In this document: in pieces, positions 1-12,286 of the stretch
Numbering within the stretch: the stretch's first letter is position 1
How the letters are laid out: each line of letters starts with the position of its first letter
Source: Dicyema japonicum
Lineage: Eukaryota; Animalia; Dicyemida
Length of the DNA: 64,000 nt
Assembly: GCA_011109175.1 (NCBI GenBank)
Contig: RDEW01000036.1
Location: 127,583 to 191,582, forward strand
Direction: 5' to 3'
Made by a program: the position numbers and the translations under genes
Notes under the pieces: generated by a model
Database searches by the model: none
Told to the model about the DNA's origin: nothing
Seen by the model: the letters and a program-made list of their open reading frames with translations, nothing else

Positions 1-986
1 AACGTACAGGGTGAAACATAAAGCTGTATCGTTCTTTGACAATTTTTCATTCTTAAAGCTGGCATATTCCCTCTCATTCTCACTAACAGAGAATGCTATT
101 ACCTTACCAATGAATTCCAAAAATGGTTGGGCAAGATCCTGGAATAAGCCAATCTATAAAAACAGCTTTGGTGAGGTCGAATTGTCCTGATGAATTTCCA
201 TCGAGACTCTTCAACCTCATCCTTTTATTTGTATTCCTTAGCCAATCAATATTTGCTGTTTTCGAGAATGTTGTGTCATCATCTGAGTTTAGACGTTCCA
301 TTTGGTTATTAAACTCCACCACTTTATCTTCGTACAATTTTTGTTGCATAATTTTCCGCTCATTCGAAGAGGACCCATGAACGAGGTAAACTAACGAGTA
401 AGGTATTCTACCAACAGTTTTTCTTGGCTAAGACGAATGAAGAATTTTTGAGAGACGAATTCAAGGTGTCATCTATCGTCATCTCGTAAAAGAATTTAAC
501 ATTTAATTCTAAATTTTCTGCAAATAATATTTATTACAACTCAATTTATTCGATAATTCTTTTTCAACGTAAATTTTATCAGCATTCATCACAACACGTC
601 TAATTTTCCTTAAAACGATATCTGGAGAGGGATCCTCCATCCATTCCTTTAACTTTGGGAAATCTGGGTGGATTTATCAATTTACCTGCAACCGGTATGT
701 TCTTATCTTTGCTGTCCAAAATCGAGTTGACTACTTTCAGAAAATGGCCAGTTTCGTATAAACATGCCTTGGTATCGTCAATATACTCATCCTCATTTAG
801 TTTAAAGATATAAAGGTTCATTCCTGCAAATTTGTACACATTTGGTGTTTTCTTACCATCAATCTAACGTTGTCATAGCAAAGCAACTGGGATGTTTTTT
901 TCATCCAGATTATTTTTCATCAGGACTTGTTCTCTATGGCTTTCTTCCCATATGTACAACGTTAATTGGTCGTCTGTTTTTCTCAT
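1..986 (-). CDS. Lineage-specific multi-exon gene A, 3' end runs off the window; paralog of the gene at 10283
   Basis: ATG at 986. Removing GT-AG introns 864-887 (24 nt), 664-685 (22), 518-540 (23), 391-415 (25) and 83-107 (25) gives one open frame MRKTDDQLTLYIWEESHREQVLMKNN...VYKFAGMN...DFPKLKEWMEDPSPD...FYLVHGSSSNERKIMQQKLYEDK...HCENEREY, joining the 600..839 and 104..349 ORFs. No recognisable family. Confidence 0.8.
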
Positions 987-1869
987 TTTTGCTGTCTAAA
1001 ATAAAAATTAATGATTTCGAACTATCAATCCAGTCTGCCCGATAATATTTGATTTTTACTTATTTTATATGCTAACATTCAGAAATCCGAAACTCTCAAA
1101 TATTGAGATTTTATATTTCACCGGTTTGTGTTTCACTTTAGTTTATATTTCCGTATTTTTAAATATTGCTACCTCATTTCCTAAATATATTCTAAACGGG
1201 TAGACTGTTTGTTAAAGACGTCGAGAGCTAGACAAGGAAAACAAATGGTATATCAGAGGAGGTATTCAAATGTTCAGGATGACCAAACCCCAATGTCGCG
1301 GATGATTTGGAGTCTGGGAAGATCAGTCTTGTTGAAGACAGCCTGGTAGGATGTTTGGTTTTGGAATTTCTCCATAGAATAATTCAGCTGAGAAAAGGGA
1401 AAGTAAAGTCGCCGTGATAATACATAAAGCCTAAAGGATAGTCTTCTTGATAATGACGTAATTTTAACATCTCCGATATGAAAGATTTGTAAGGGTGGAA
1501 GAATCAGCAAATTGAAGAAAATTGTGAACAAGTATAAGTAACCTACCCCCAGCCGTGCTAAAGGGAGATCTGAACAGACAGCAGATTAACTACTGAACTG
1601 TGTAGTCTTGGATGTAGGTTTCGTTTCCTTGATGAGATCAATGTCCACATACTGATTTTATATGAAGTTGATTAGTCAATTGTTGTTCAACTGGAGTATC
1701 CTTAACTGCTGAATTAACTTGAGTCCAGGCTTAAGTTTAAAGCATCAAACTCTTATTAAAGTAATTTGGGAACTGTAACTTGAGTCTCTTGACCACATGA
1801 AAGCCATGTTTTTTATTTTTAACTAATATAATGCCGATTTAAATTATCAATTTATTAACTAACAGAAAA

Positions 1870-2184
1870 TAAACAGGAATTAAAAAATTAAGATGTTAGT
1901 TTTTCAGACTCGTTGTTGGAGGAGAGAATATTATGGAAATGACCCCATTAGCGAGGAGATAACCGTAATAACTCTAGCTCCAATAAAAGTAAAACGTTTC
2001 AACGGAGATTGGATAGAAAGCGAACCGGTCCTTAATGCCGTGGCACTTCCTCAAGTCTTCAGTAGCGCTCACTGGGGTACCGGGATCACATCTGCTGTCA
2101 TGCAGACGGAGCGCCGAGAGATTCCCTTGTAACGCCAGGTTACAGATGACTGCTAAAATAGAGAACGCCGGGTTTACTTCCCTT
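1870..2184 (-). mobile_element. Degenerate 3' end of a CRE-like non-LTR retrotransposon
   Basis: Translation ...SATEDLRKCHGIKDRFAFYPISVETF resembles the C-terminus of the restriction-like endonuclease seen in the better copy at 36806-37735 (FVPLAMETSG). Confidence 0.5.
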
Positions 2185-2395
2185 ATGGAACCCATCAGTC
2201 TTTACAAATAAGATGGCAAGAAGCAGGTTGGCGTTACGATCATGCCATGTAGCCAAGGGAGGTGTCTTATGATTTAACATGCACGATGGAGCCCATCTGT
2301 CTTGACAAAGACGATGGCAAGAAGCAGGTTGGCGTTACGATCATGCCATGGAGCCAAGGGAAGTGGCTTATGATTTAACATGCACAGACACTTTC
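2185..2395 (+). repeat. 101-bp tandem duplication of a CRE-like REL endonuclease segment
   Basis: Two copies starting at 2185 and 2286. The second reads MEPICLDKDDGKKQVGVTIMPWSQGK..AYDLTCTDTF, a degenerate EP-DGKRPDG-T-PW-GK-WD-T-DT motif. Confidence 0.75.
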
Positions 2396-2479
2396 TTTAA
2401 TGCGAATAAACTCAAATCATTATTTATTATTATAGGCAACTATCGTAGAAACATAATTGCTATATTTTCACACGTTAAA

Positions 2480-3600
2480 GTAATTTTTCGGATCAATCTC
2501 GTCCATCTTCCCCTGTTACTGCCAAACTTCTCATAGCATCCTGATCCTCCCTACTTACGAGCCTCCGGTTAATTGCCTTGAGATCCTCATCCAGCACCCC
2601 CGGTAGCGTAGTACGCGGGCGCCCCCAATATTTTTTTCCACTTGCAGCTAAATATTCCTCCATTGCCAAATTTGCAGGTGATGTGGAGTCCATCCGTAGG
2701 ACGTATCCAAACAGTCTCCATCAGGCCTCCACCACATCCCAAGTCACAGATCGCGTTGAGCACTTTCGGTACAGTGCCTCATTGTTAATCCGTGTCGGCC
2801 ATTATACCCCGCACAGTATTCGTAATTGCCTTCGGTGGAAGGAGTTAAGATTTTTGGTTTCTGAGACCGAGGTCCCCCAGCAGGAAAAGTTATATACCAG
2901 GACCGACTTCACGAAAGCATTGTACCGGTCTTTCAGCCAACCAATCCGTCTTCATCCTGTTCAGTGCGACCGTCAATAGTACTTTTCTCCGGGTGATGTC
3001 CTCACTGTCCCCGAGGAGGGAGCAGAGATTTCTGGAACGTATCCATCCCTCTTCCAATCTTGATCCCATGCGTACGATTTCCACAATTTGAGTTTTAGTT
3101 TTATTCACGGTAAGAAACCATTTCCCAAGCTCTTTAGGGGCAACGTTAAGTAACCGCCTCAAGGATGCTTTATCTTACGATACGAAATCCACAGCGTATA
3201 TAATTTCGGTGATTTGGCCATTATAAAAACTTTAAGGCCACGTAGTGCTGCCTCCAGGTATACCACAAACAGCAAAGGGGAAAGGGAGTCCCCTGGGGGA
3301 TGCCCACAGTCGTCGAAAAATTTCTGGACGACGTACTCCCAACTCGTACCGTACAGTTCTGTGTTTGACAATAAAACTTCTATCATCCTGACAGAATCCC
3401 TATTAAGGAATCCCCGCAAAGCATCAATAAGCTTTCCTCGGCGAATTGTGTCTAAATCTTTCGACATGTCGATCCCCAAAATTGTAGTCGCACTCTCAAA
3501 TCTTTTGTAAGTGCACAACGCCACCTATGCCTCCAGACCACATCAACGGTAGATGATCCACTATGGCTCGATGACTTTCGTATTGAGTAGGATGATTTCG
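2480..3600 (-). mobile_element. RTE-like non-LTR retrotransposon, degenerate RT plus C-terminus
   Basis: TILGIDMSK, PGDSLSPLLFVVYLEAAL, LLGDSEDITRRK and WGRPRTTLPGVLDEDL, all homologous to the element at 61540-64000. Confidence 0.85.
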
Positions 3601-3679
3601 CGTGGGTAATCTTGCATTTCTGAAGATTTGCACGATTTATTTGACACCCAAGACCACGATAAAACCAAACTAACTATCA

Positions 3680-4525
3680 TGTGATCCCGATGCGTTTTGC
3701 CAAAATCCTCATTCTTTCCCGGTGCTCCTTCCTTGTGCCCACACAAGCTCGTACTGGGCGGCTGACTGTATTTGCAGGGCCACCTTCCCGCATATCGGAG
3801 TTTAGTTTTATGAGGGCCTCCAGAGTTATCGGTCCGGTTCTGTGTCTCCCACAAGTCCACCGCTCCGTGATTCTAAAAGCTTTCTTTTGTACGTCCTCGA
3901 TTTTCTTAGTGTTCGTCCATGATAATGAAGGTCCACACGAAGACACGCATACAAGAAGCATGGTTCAATGTATTGTTTGTAGATATACTCAGATATTTGA
4001 TATCTGTCTTCCATATTCCAGATAAACATTTCAATAAATTGATTTTCTTCTCGCACTTCAGAACAATGTTTACCACGTGTGGTGAAAACATAAGTGCGTA
4101 TCCAGTGTCACGCCAAGGATCTTCTGACATTTGCTGAAGCGGATTTCAACGTTGTCCAATTTTAAGGTGTCAGTCTTCTTCCCTAACCTTTTTTCCAAAG
4201 TAACATAGACGTGACCGACTTTCTGGAATTTATCGTGAGTCGGTTCTTCATTACCCAGGCGTTGAGTTGGTCTAGGTTAATTTGTAATTTTTCTGTAGCA
4301 TTTTGGATATCTTGATCACGCGATGCAAAAACAATGTCGTCCGCATATAAGAGTAAAACATCGTTATTGGGGGACACAGTTTGGGAGAAGATGCGAGACA
4401 GATTTCAGTCCTCCGAGATGGGCTTTGTGATTCACGATTATTTATTTTATTTATTATTTATTTAACACCCAAGAATACGGTAAATCCAAAACTAACTTTA
4501 AATTATAAAATAATCATTCTAATAT
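3680..4525 (-). mobile_element. Jockey/I-like LINE RT fragment with an adjacent 3'-end relic
   Basis: LLLYADDIVFAS...KLQINLDQLNAWVMKNRLTINSRKS and YKQYIEPCFLYAC..W..KIEDVQKKAFRIT. Confidence 0.75.
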
Positions 4526-5229
4526 AAATAAAATTTCAGATATTTAAATGACTTGTTTTATGTGATCCAACCACGCCAATCAACTTTAGTAAATCTTAAG
4601 CAAAATAAGGAAGCAAAAGGGTAATTCTCAATTAGAGTCCACTATTTTTCATTTGTTAGTAAATCACTTGTTTTGAGACTAACATATTTCTTACCTAAAA
4701 ATCTGGAGACGCTCTGCTCGGTACAAGCAAAGAGTCATCAAAGCTAACTTGAACTAGACTATAAAAGGGACAAGCAAAAAGTCGTCATAAATGTGAGAAG
4801 TTAACTTGCATCTTGATTTTCCGTGTTGCAAATGCTTTGTCGCGAGCTATGACATAGGGCAAGTCTTAGTAATAATAAATATCCCTTAAGATAACAGGGT
4901 ACTTACAATAATCACTCAACTTTGGAACTTTTTAAGAAATTATAAAATTTTTTCCCAGAAGTGAAACAACGAATCAAGATTAGAGCCAAGTTGACTTGTT
5001 AGAATAAGTAGAGAATTATTTTTCTAAAAACTATATAGATCTTCTCTTGAGCCAACACAAAACAGAATACAGTGATTGCGGATTCTTTGCCAAAGATCAC
5101 ATGTAGTCGTTAAGGTGTCATGTTCTAATCATGCTCTTCGATTACCACATGAATGATGGCACTAAAGGAGACCATTTTGAATTTTCTTCCAATGGTTCTT
5201 CTCAAGTGTCACGTTACTGGGACATCCAG

Positions 5230-7120
5230 GTCAAGTCCTACTATATTTCCAAATAGGCTCTGTGATATCAATTGAGATTGACGAATACCTCATCTTCTTG
5301 TACACGATTATATTTGATAGTCTTGAAACCCCCCGGTAGGACAATGTTAACTTCATTTTCGTGCAATGGAAAGAGCCCAGTCTTTCTGAGTCTGTTTCTC
5401 AGATGTCCAGATACTCGCGTTGTATAACATAGACTTAACCATTCATTATATAGTCGGAGTCTTATTTTCTGTAAGTACTTTGTGTTGAAGTCACGTTTTC
5501 TCAAGTTTTGGCGATATTGCATTTGAAAGTGTTTCCTAGTAGGGTCACAAACTTCTGTTATTGTCCCAGAACTTGTCAGTCCTTGATTCCTCTCTCATGT
5601 GTTCGGTTCTTTCAGTTTTGTTTAAATTATGTCACAAATCATACTGAGAGGCTCTAGGGAAGGCAGAGTTTCTGCTTATACTCATAGTTGTCGCGACGAC
5701 AATTGCAGGGAGCTGAGAGATATTCCACTTCCTTAGTATATTGAAGTATGCTTAAATTTTTATGGTAAAGCTAGACTTCGTCCAATTGCTGAAATTGACA
5801 TTTAATGTTAAAAACTTTATTAAATTATTTACCTCTAACCGACATAATCGATGAATGCAAACTTTAAATTGCAAGCTACCCTCACAAGTTTTCGTCTTTG
5901 CCAAGTAGGATTGATTCGAGAGTCATAGACTCGAAATTAGTTCCTATGATCCTGCTGATGGCTTCAGGATTTTGATCAATGGTCATTGACCACGTTGCAC
6001 TGGAATAGATCAATACTTGCCGAACAAAATGTCCAAAGATAGCGGAGAAGGATCTAGCACTACTTCCAAGAGCTTTTGATACAATTTTTAAATTGTATTT
6101 TTCTTCATCACTGCTGTCAACTCAATGTTTAGTGAAAGAAAGTACTTTCGCAAACATGAATCCCAGGATGTTTGTCGTGCTATTGGGTGGAATAATCGTG
6201 TTATTAAAAATAATTTTTGGTTTGTCATTGTGGTCCCCTTTACACTGGGTAATTTGTTACGAACAACTGGTTGGGAAATCTCATCGTAGTTGAGCGAACA
6301 ATGGGGTCAATGTCAAGTATTTATTATAAGACCCCAGTTGCTGTTTGGAAATCCATCTGCATACGATAGTATTATTCAATTTTCATTATCAGGCTGTGCA
6401 AAACTATATTGGTGAAAGGGGGAGAATCTTGATATACTCCGTAAAAAAGGCGGATCTTTGATTCCATTTGACCTCGTCTTCCACTCAGGAAGTTGATTAA
6501 CCAAAGTTTAATATTGGGGTGAATATCCCCGTTCAATATTTATTTTGATATAATTTTTCTGATAATTGACTTTTTCCAATACAATCCTATAAGTAATAGC
6601 TAATTTCCTTGTTGAGGCTAGTGATTCTGGAGATGTAAGCATTGTCGGGCGAGTGCTCTTTTAGACTGTTTTTTTTCATTGTTTGTATTATTGTTGCGCA
6701 AAAATGACAGGAAGAGGAAAGGATCCTACAAAATGGGATGAATAGTTTCCTTACATCGTGAGACATTTGGCCTATAGAGGTCAGACGGTGTACTTTCATA
6801 GCCTTACATATGTATCAGCGTGTTGGCTGAAACCTTTCCAATTGGCGAGGTTACGTTGATTATAGTCAGCAGATTGATAATGTGTTTTAAACATAAATAA
6901 GATCGGGTTATGGTCGTCATATTCGACAGACCAGCTAATTATCGATGCCATAAATGGAGACGTTGCAGGAGACGACGGTTTAAATTTGTTTCGAGTGGGG
7001 GTTCCTGTATGAAGGGAGGAATTGTTTAAAATGTCAAAATTGTCCAGATCTTTAATTGTCATTTTCCCAACTGGCCCCCTATACCTAAGGTGATGTTTCG
7101 CATTAAAATTTCCACTTGGG
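5230..7120 (-). mobile_element. Highly decayed LINE fragments (endonuclease tail and RT C-terminal pieces)
   Basis: ILNNSSLHTGTPTR...ISWSVEYDDHNPILF (endonuclease C-terminal SDH-like motif) and KIRLRLYNEWL. Many stops. Confidence 0.5.
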
Positions 7121-8199
7121 TTGATAAGAGATGAAGTTCTGGAAAATGTTAATGAACATGAGCTTGAAGGTAAAAAGTATGCGTTAACCAGTGTGAGAGG
7201 AAATCGGAGGGGCGTAGTCAGGAGTTCAATGGTGCCATTATATGAGAGTGGTAATAATCATAGTCTGTGATATCCTCACAGGGATTTTGTTATGTATAAT
7301 AGTTATCAAGCCAACTCAGAAAGTTCTTTCTCTTTCACATTAATTACCGAATTGCCAAATGGATTTTAATTTTATAATTCCACTCGGGAGTTTAAACTCA
7401 TAAAAAGTTCAGTGCAATTTGATGTCCCACCATAAATGTAGGCAGTCCTTATTAGTCAACCCTGTTCGAAGGATTATGAGATTCCGATTCATTTCAAACA
7501 CCACCACAACGGTGAGACGCATGGCATTCAACAACGTTATTATTATTATTATTACCCCCAGGATCACTGGGTCAAAGAGAAAGAAATAAAAGTTCTCATC
7601 TAACTAAGTGATCCCAGACCGACAAAGGTGAGGACGAGTCATTTAACAACGTTGAAATTAAAAAAATAACAATTAATTTTCAAAAAAAATAAATTAAAAT
7701 ATTTGATTTTCCACTAATTTTGAAATCGCAATATATGCCGGATTTCCGCTTTTTGCCTACTACAATTTCTAGTCGTCATTGGATCCACCTAACTCATGGG
7801 TCATCCAATGCCTGCCTGGGATCAAAAACGGATTCTTCTCCTATCAACTCCAACGGAAGAATATTCATGCTATCGGATATTTAAAAGAGACAAGATGCTG
7901 GGAAAGGATAAGTCCCATTCCGACTGAGAGAACTGGATATAACCTATTTAGAATATTCCGAGGTTGTTAAAATAACCTTAAAATCTAATTTCTACAAAAT
8001 TAATGCAATTATTGTTTGTCCTTACAATGCTTCCTATAAGACTTTTTAAAGCAAAATGTACAAAATCATTGATTAATCACTTAGTTTCTTACTGTTTATT
8101 TAAAAGGGGACGAACCAACCTCACAAACATGTGAGATGCCTGTGATCTTCGAAGGTCCAGAAACTCATAAATCTTTGCAAGATATTTTCAGTCATATTT

Positions 8200-8560
8200 A
8201 ATGCGTTCTATAATTAGTATTTGCTAAAGTTATGAAATATTTTAATTTTTTGATATTTCATTCTTTACGCAATAATCGATTTTGCGGATATTTCGTGGTC
8301 GTCATCTGATTGAACATCATGAGGATAATTTTCCTGATCCATGCCAAATTATGACCAAAATGTTTTTATTTTCCAAAACACATAACAAAAACATAAATTT
8401 AAGTGAGGCTTACAACGCAAGACCAAAGCAGATGGCGCTCAAGTCCACTGTCAAAAATACAAATATAATTAAATCTCTAAATTATAACTTTTAAAGTGAT
8501 GTTTACGTTTTTTTAATTTTATGTCCCCGCAAAATTGTAGGCGGTCCTTATTAGTCGACC
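8200..8560 (+). mobile_element. Probable DNA transposon right end (Merlin/ISXO2-like?); related end at 7426-7462
   Basis: Shared motif tgtaggc(a/g)gtccttattagtc(a/g)acc at about 7437 and 8536, whose reverse complement starts GGT. Family assignment is tentative. Confidence 0.35.
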
Positions 8561-10282
8561 ATGCGATTATTTGATTGAAGATTTCCCTTCCTTCCCTTTT
8601 GTGCCATCATCGGGTCCACCTTACTGAGGAGAGCCCTAATTCCTGGCCGGAATTCAAATTGATCCATCAATTAATTCCACCAGGAGACAATTTCGCGCCT
8701 GGCGACGAGATCTGGAATGGACCTCAGCTTTCGGACAACGTTCTCACTCTGCTTGGGTAAGGGTTCTGTTGGAACGCGTCAAGATCGAAAAATTAGTTTG
8801 GTTTTATCCTGGTCTTTGGAATTTATCTATTAATGGAATTTTAGCTACATATTATATGAGAGAATATAATGAAGGCATGTAACACAATTGAATATGCCTG
8901 TCCCTCATGGAGGTTAGTGATGTCCTTCTGTCAATAAAATTAATTCAATCAGACTAAGAACTACATGTTTACATCCCAAACTACTACACCCACTCTCCTT
9001 TAAGATGAAAGGAACCATAACCGCAGTTTCCTTTGTTTCTGCAAAGAACCAACAAATCTATTAGACAATGTGATTCCTGAACAGAGGAACGTCCATCAGC
9101 CCTAAAGAAGGACTAATCGATCAAGTTCCTTTGTAGACAATCGTAAGGCTCTACCGATTACAGTTGGGACACTGGAAGACCAAGCTATGAGGGTCTGAAA
9201 ATTAAAGGAAGCTGAGATCACTTAATTAGTGATTCTAACATTTTTATTGGTGATCCTTGGGTTCTCATACATCTTTTATGGAAAACAACAAAAAAAAGAG
9301 GAAGAAATAAAGTATTTGAAAATTCTCTTGAAATAGTTCTGCCATTCGAACTCTTAGCGTTGTAGTGTTGTCATTCAATCAATTATTATGGGGGTAAATA
9401 TTTCAGAAATTCTATATTTTCTGCTCTAGGGAAGACATTTCAGTTTGTCTATTGTCTTGGAAGCTTCAGCAACTATTTTTATAGTTCTGTATTGTCCAAG
9501 AGTAAAGTCAGATATTTCTCCGGAGGCATAATCAAATTTTTAAAGTAATATTTTTATAAGAAAACGAGCGGACTATTTTATGCTAGTCTTTTCTCTACCA
9601 TACGATGTCGATACCCATAGAAGCGATTTTTGAGAGACACGTATTGTAGTCTTTTGATTACAGATGTTGACATTTCTCTTGTGTCAGCAAGTCTTCTTCC
9701 GATCCACACAGTTTTATGATGAACGGAGTTTGAAAGTTTTAGTTTGAACACTTGATAGTGTTCAAGGAAATTTTGTATTCCTAGTCTTTAGGCTTTCGTC
9801 CACTTCAAAATAGTCTTCCGAATCTTGACTGAGCTAAATGGGCACATTAGAATCCTATTCGACTTTGTCCTCATTATTAATCTGGTCTATGATCGCTTAA
9901 GATTCCTCCTCTCTAATGAGACACTGGATTCCGGAGTCTTGCATCAATTTCCTGAATGACAAACCGCACTTGGACCATAGCTACTACTTTATCGCTGTTT
10001 TTTCCATCGGGTTCATTCGTAGTCACCACTAGATATATGATAGGTCAATGAATAATTAGTCATTTAATAAGAAATTCAGAATCATACTGAGAAAAGACAT
10101 TTAGGAATTTTGCTAATATGAAATTAAAGTGTGATATAAACCGATGAAATATTGAATCGCGATATTTGAGAGTTTGAATTTCGGAATTTTAGCCGAATCT
10201 ATAAAAAAGCAAAAAATCAGATATTAACGCGCAAACTGATTTGATAGTTGGAAATAATTAATTTATATTTCAGACTACGAAC

Positions 10283-11424
10283 ATGGGAAAAGCAGACAAG
10301 CATATAGTGTTGGTGTGCATATGTGAAAGAAACATAAGAGAACAAGTCCTGATGAAAATGAATATGGATGTGGATAACCATCCAGTTGGTTTTATTTGAC
10401 ATTGTTAGAGTGATGACGAGAAAGTACCAAACTTGTACGAGTTTGCAGGGATGAAGTTTTTTATCTTTAATGAAAAAAAATTTAAAATTAATGGAATTAC
10501 CAAAACATGTTTCTACAAAACTGATCGTTTTTTAAAAGTAGTCAACTCGATTATTGACTGCAAAGATAAAAATATACCAATTGAAGGTAAAATAATAAAT
10601 TCACTCAGATTTTCCAATGCTAAATAAATGGATGGAAGATCCCTCTCAAGATACTAGTACAAGGAAAATTAGACGTATTGTTATAAATTCGGATGAAATT
10701 TACGTTGAAAAAAGATTATCGGATAAATTAAGTTACAGAAAATTTAATTTGCAGAAATTTTAGAAAGAAATGTTAAAAAATTTTACGACATTATGAAAGA
10801 TGATATGTTAAAAGAAGATCAAGAAAATTCGAAAGATGATATGTTAATTGAAGATCAAGAAAATTCGAAAGATGATATGCTAAAAGAAGATCAAGAAAAT
10901 TCGAAAAATGATATGTTAAATGAAGATCAAGAAAATTCGAAACATGATATGCTAAAAGAAGATCAAGAAAATTCGAAAGATGATATCTCCAAGAGAAACA
11001 GTGTGGAGAATAGTTTTAGAATAGAAAAATCGAAAAGTCATAATGAAACTTCATTAGAGCCTTTTGGTCTCAGAGAATCTGTTCTTATGGATTAATTTAT
11101 TCCAGGATCTCACTAAACCGTTTTTGGATTACATGACGGAAGATGAGACATTAAATGACCATCAAGGAAATTCTGCAATGTATAAACGAAACAAGAAAGA
11201 AGTATTTAACTTCGTTTGTAATCGTTTTTTCCAAATGTTTTCAAATCAACAAAATTATGTGCAAAACAATATAGTGCTAGAAAATATAGATTTTATTGAC
11301 AACTTTCTCTACGAGGATGAAGCCCTTAATTTTTTTACAATACCTGAAATCGATCGGCTAATGGGCGAAATGAAACTGATGAGGTCTAAAATTCTCAATA
11401 AAAACTCACCAGAGCCGTTTAGTC
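10283..11424 (+). CDS. Lineage-specific multi-exon gene B with an acidic 12-aa repeat, runs into the assembly gap; paralog of gene A
   Basis: ATG 10283; introns 10385-10408 (24), 10587-10608 (22), 10732-10754 (23) and 11081-11105 (25) give one frame MGKADKHIVLVCICERNIREQVLMK...LYEFAGMK...DFPMLNKWMEDPSQD...KDDMLKEDQENS x5...DLTKPFLDYMTE. The first three introns match gene A in position and length. Confidence 0.82.
10796..10987 (+). repeat. Coding minisatellite, 36 bp x about 5.3 (KDDMLKEDQENS)
   Basis: aaagatgatatgttaaaagaagatcaagaaaattcg repeated in frame. Confidence 0.95.
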
Positions 11425-12286
11425 NNNNNNNNNNNNNNNNNNNNNNNNNNNNNNNNNNNNNNNNNNNNNNNNNNNNNNNNNNNNNNNNNNNNNNNNNNNN
11501 NNNNNNNNNNNNNNNNNNNNNNNNNNNNNNNNNNNNNNNNNNNNNNNNNNNNNNNNNNNNNNNNNNNNNNNNNNNNNNNNNNNNNNNNNNNNNNNNNNNN
11601 NNNNNNNNNNNNNNNNNNNNNNNNNNNNNNNNNNNNNNNNNNNNNNNNNNNNNNNNNNNNNNNNNNNNNNNNNNNNNNNNNNNNNNNNNNNNNNNNNNNN
11701 NNNNNNNNNNNNNNNNNNNNNNNNNNNNNNNNNNNNNNNNNNNNNNNNNNNNNNNNNNNNNNNNNNNNNNNNNNNNNNNNNNNNNNNNNNNNNNNNNNNN
11801 NNNNNNNNNNNNNNNNNNNNNNNNNNNNNNNNNNNNNNNNNNNNNNNNNNNNNNNNNNNNNNNNNNNNNNNNNNNNNNNNNNNNNNNNNNNNNNNNNNNN
11901 NNNNNNNNNNNNNNNNNNNNNNNNNNNNNNNNNNNNNNNNNNNNNNNNNNNNNNNNNNNNNNNNNNNNNNNNNNNNNNNNNNNNNNNNNNNNNNNNNNNN
12001 NNNNNNNNNNNNNNNNNNNNNNNNNNNNNNNNNNNNNNNNNNNNNNNNNNNNNNNNNNNNNNNNNNNNNNNNNNNNNNNNNNNNNNNNNNNNNNNNNNNN
12101 NNNNNNNNNNNNNNNNNNNNNNNNNNNNNNNNNNNNNNNNNNNNNNNNNNNNNNNNNNNNNNNNNNNNNNNNNNNNNNNNNNNNNNNNNNNNNNNNNNNN
12201 NNNNNNNNNNNNNNNNNNNNNNNNNNNNNNNNNNNNNNNNNNNNNNNNNNNNNNNNNNNNNNNNNNNNNNNNNNNNNNNNNNNNNN
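11425..12286. other. Assembly gap (Ns)
   Basis: Run of n characters. Confidence 1.

Noticed and set aside
10433-10670. Gene B as a pseudogene because of in-frame stops
   Set aside because: The stops disappear once the 22-nt intron at 10587-10608 is removed.
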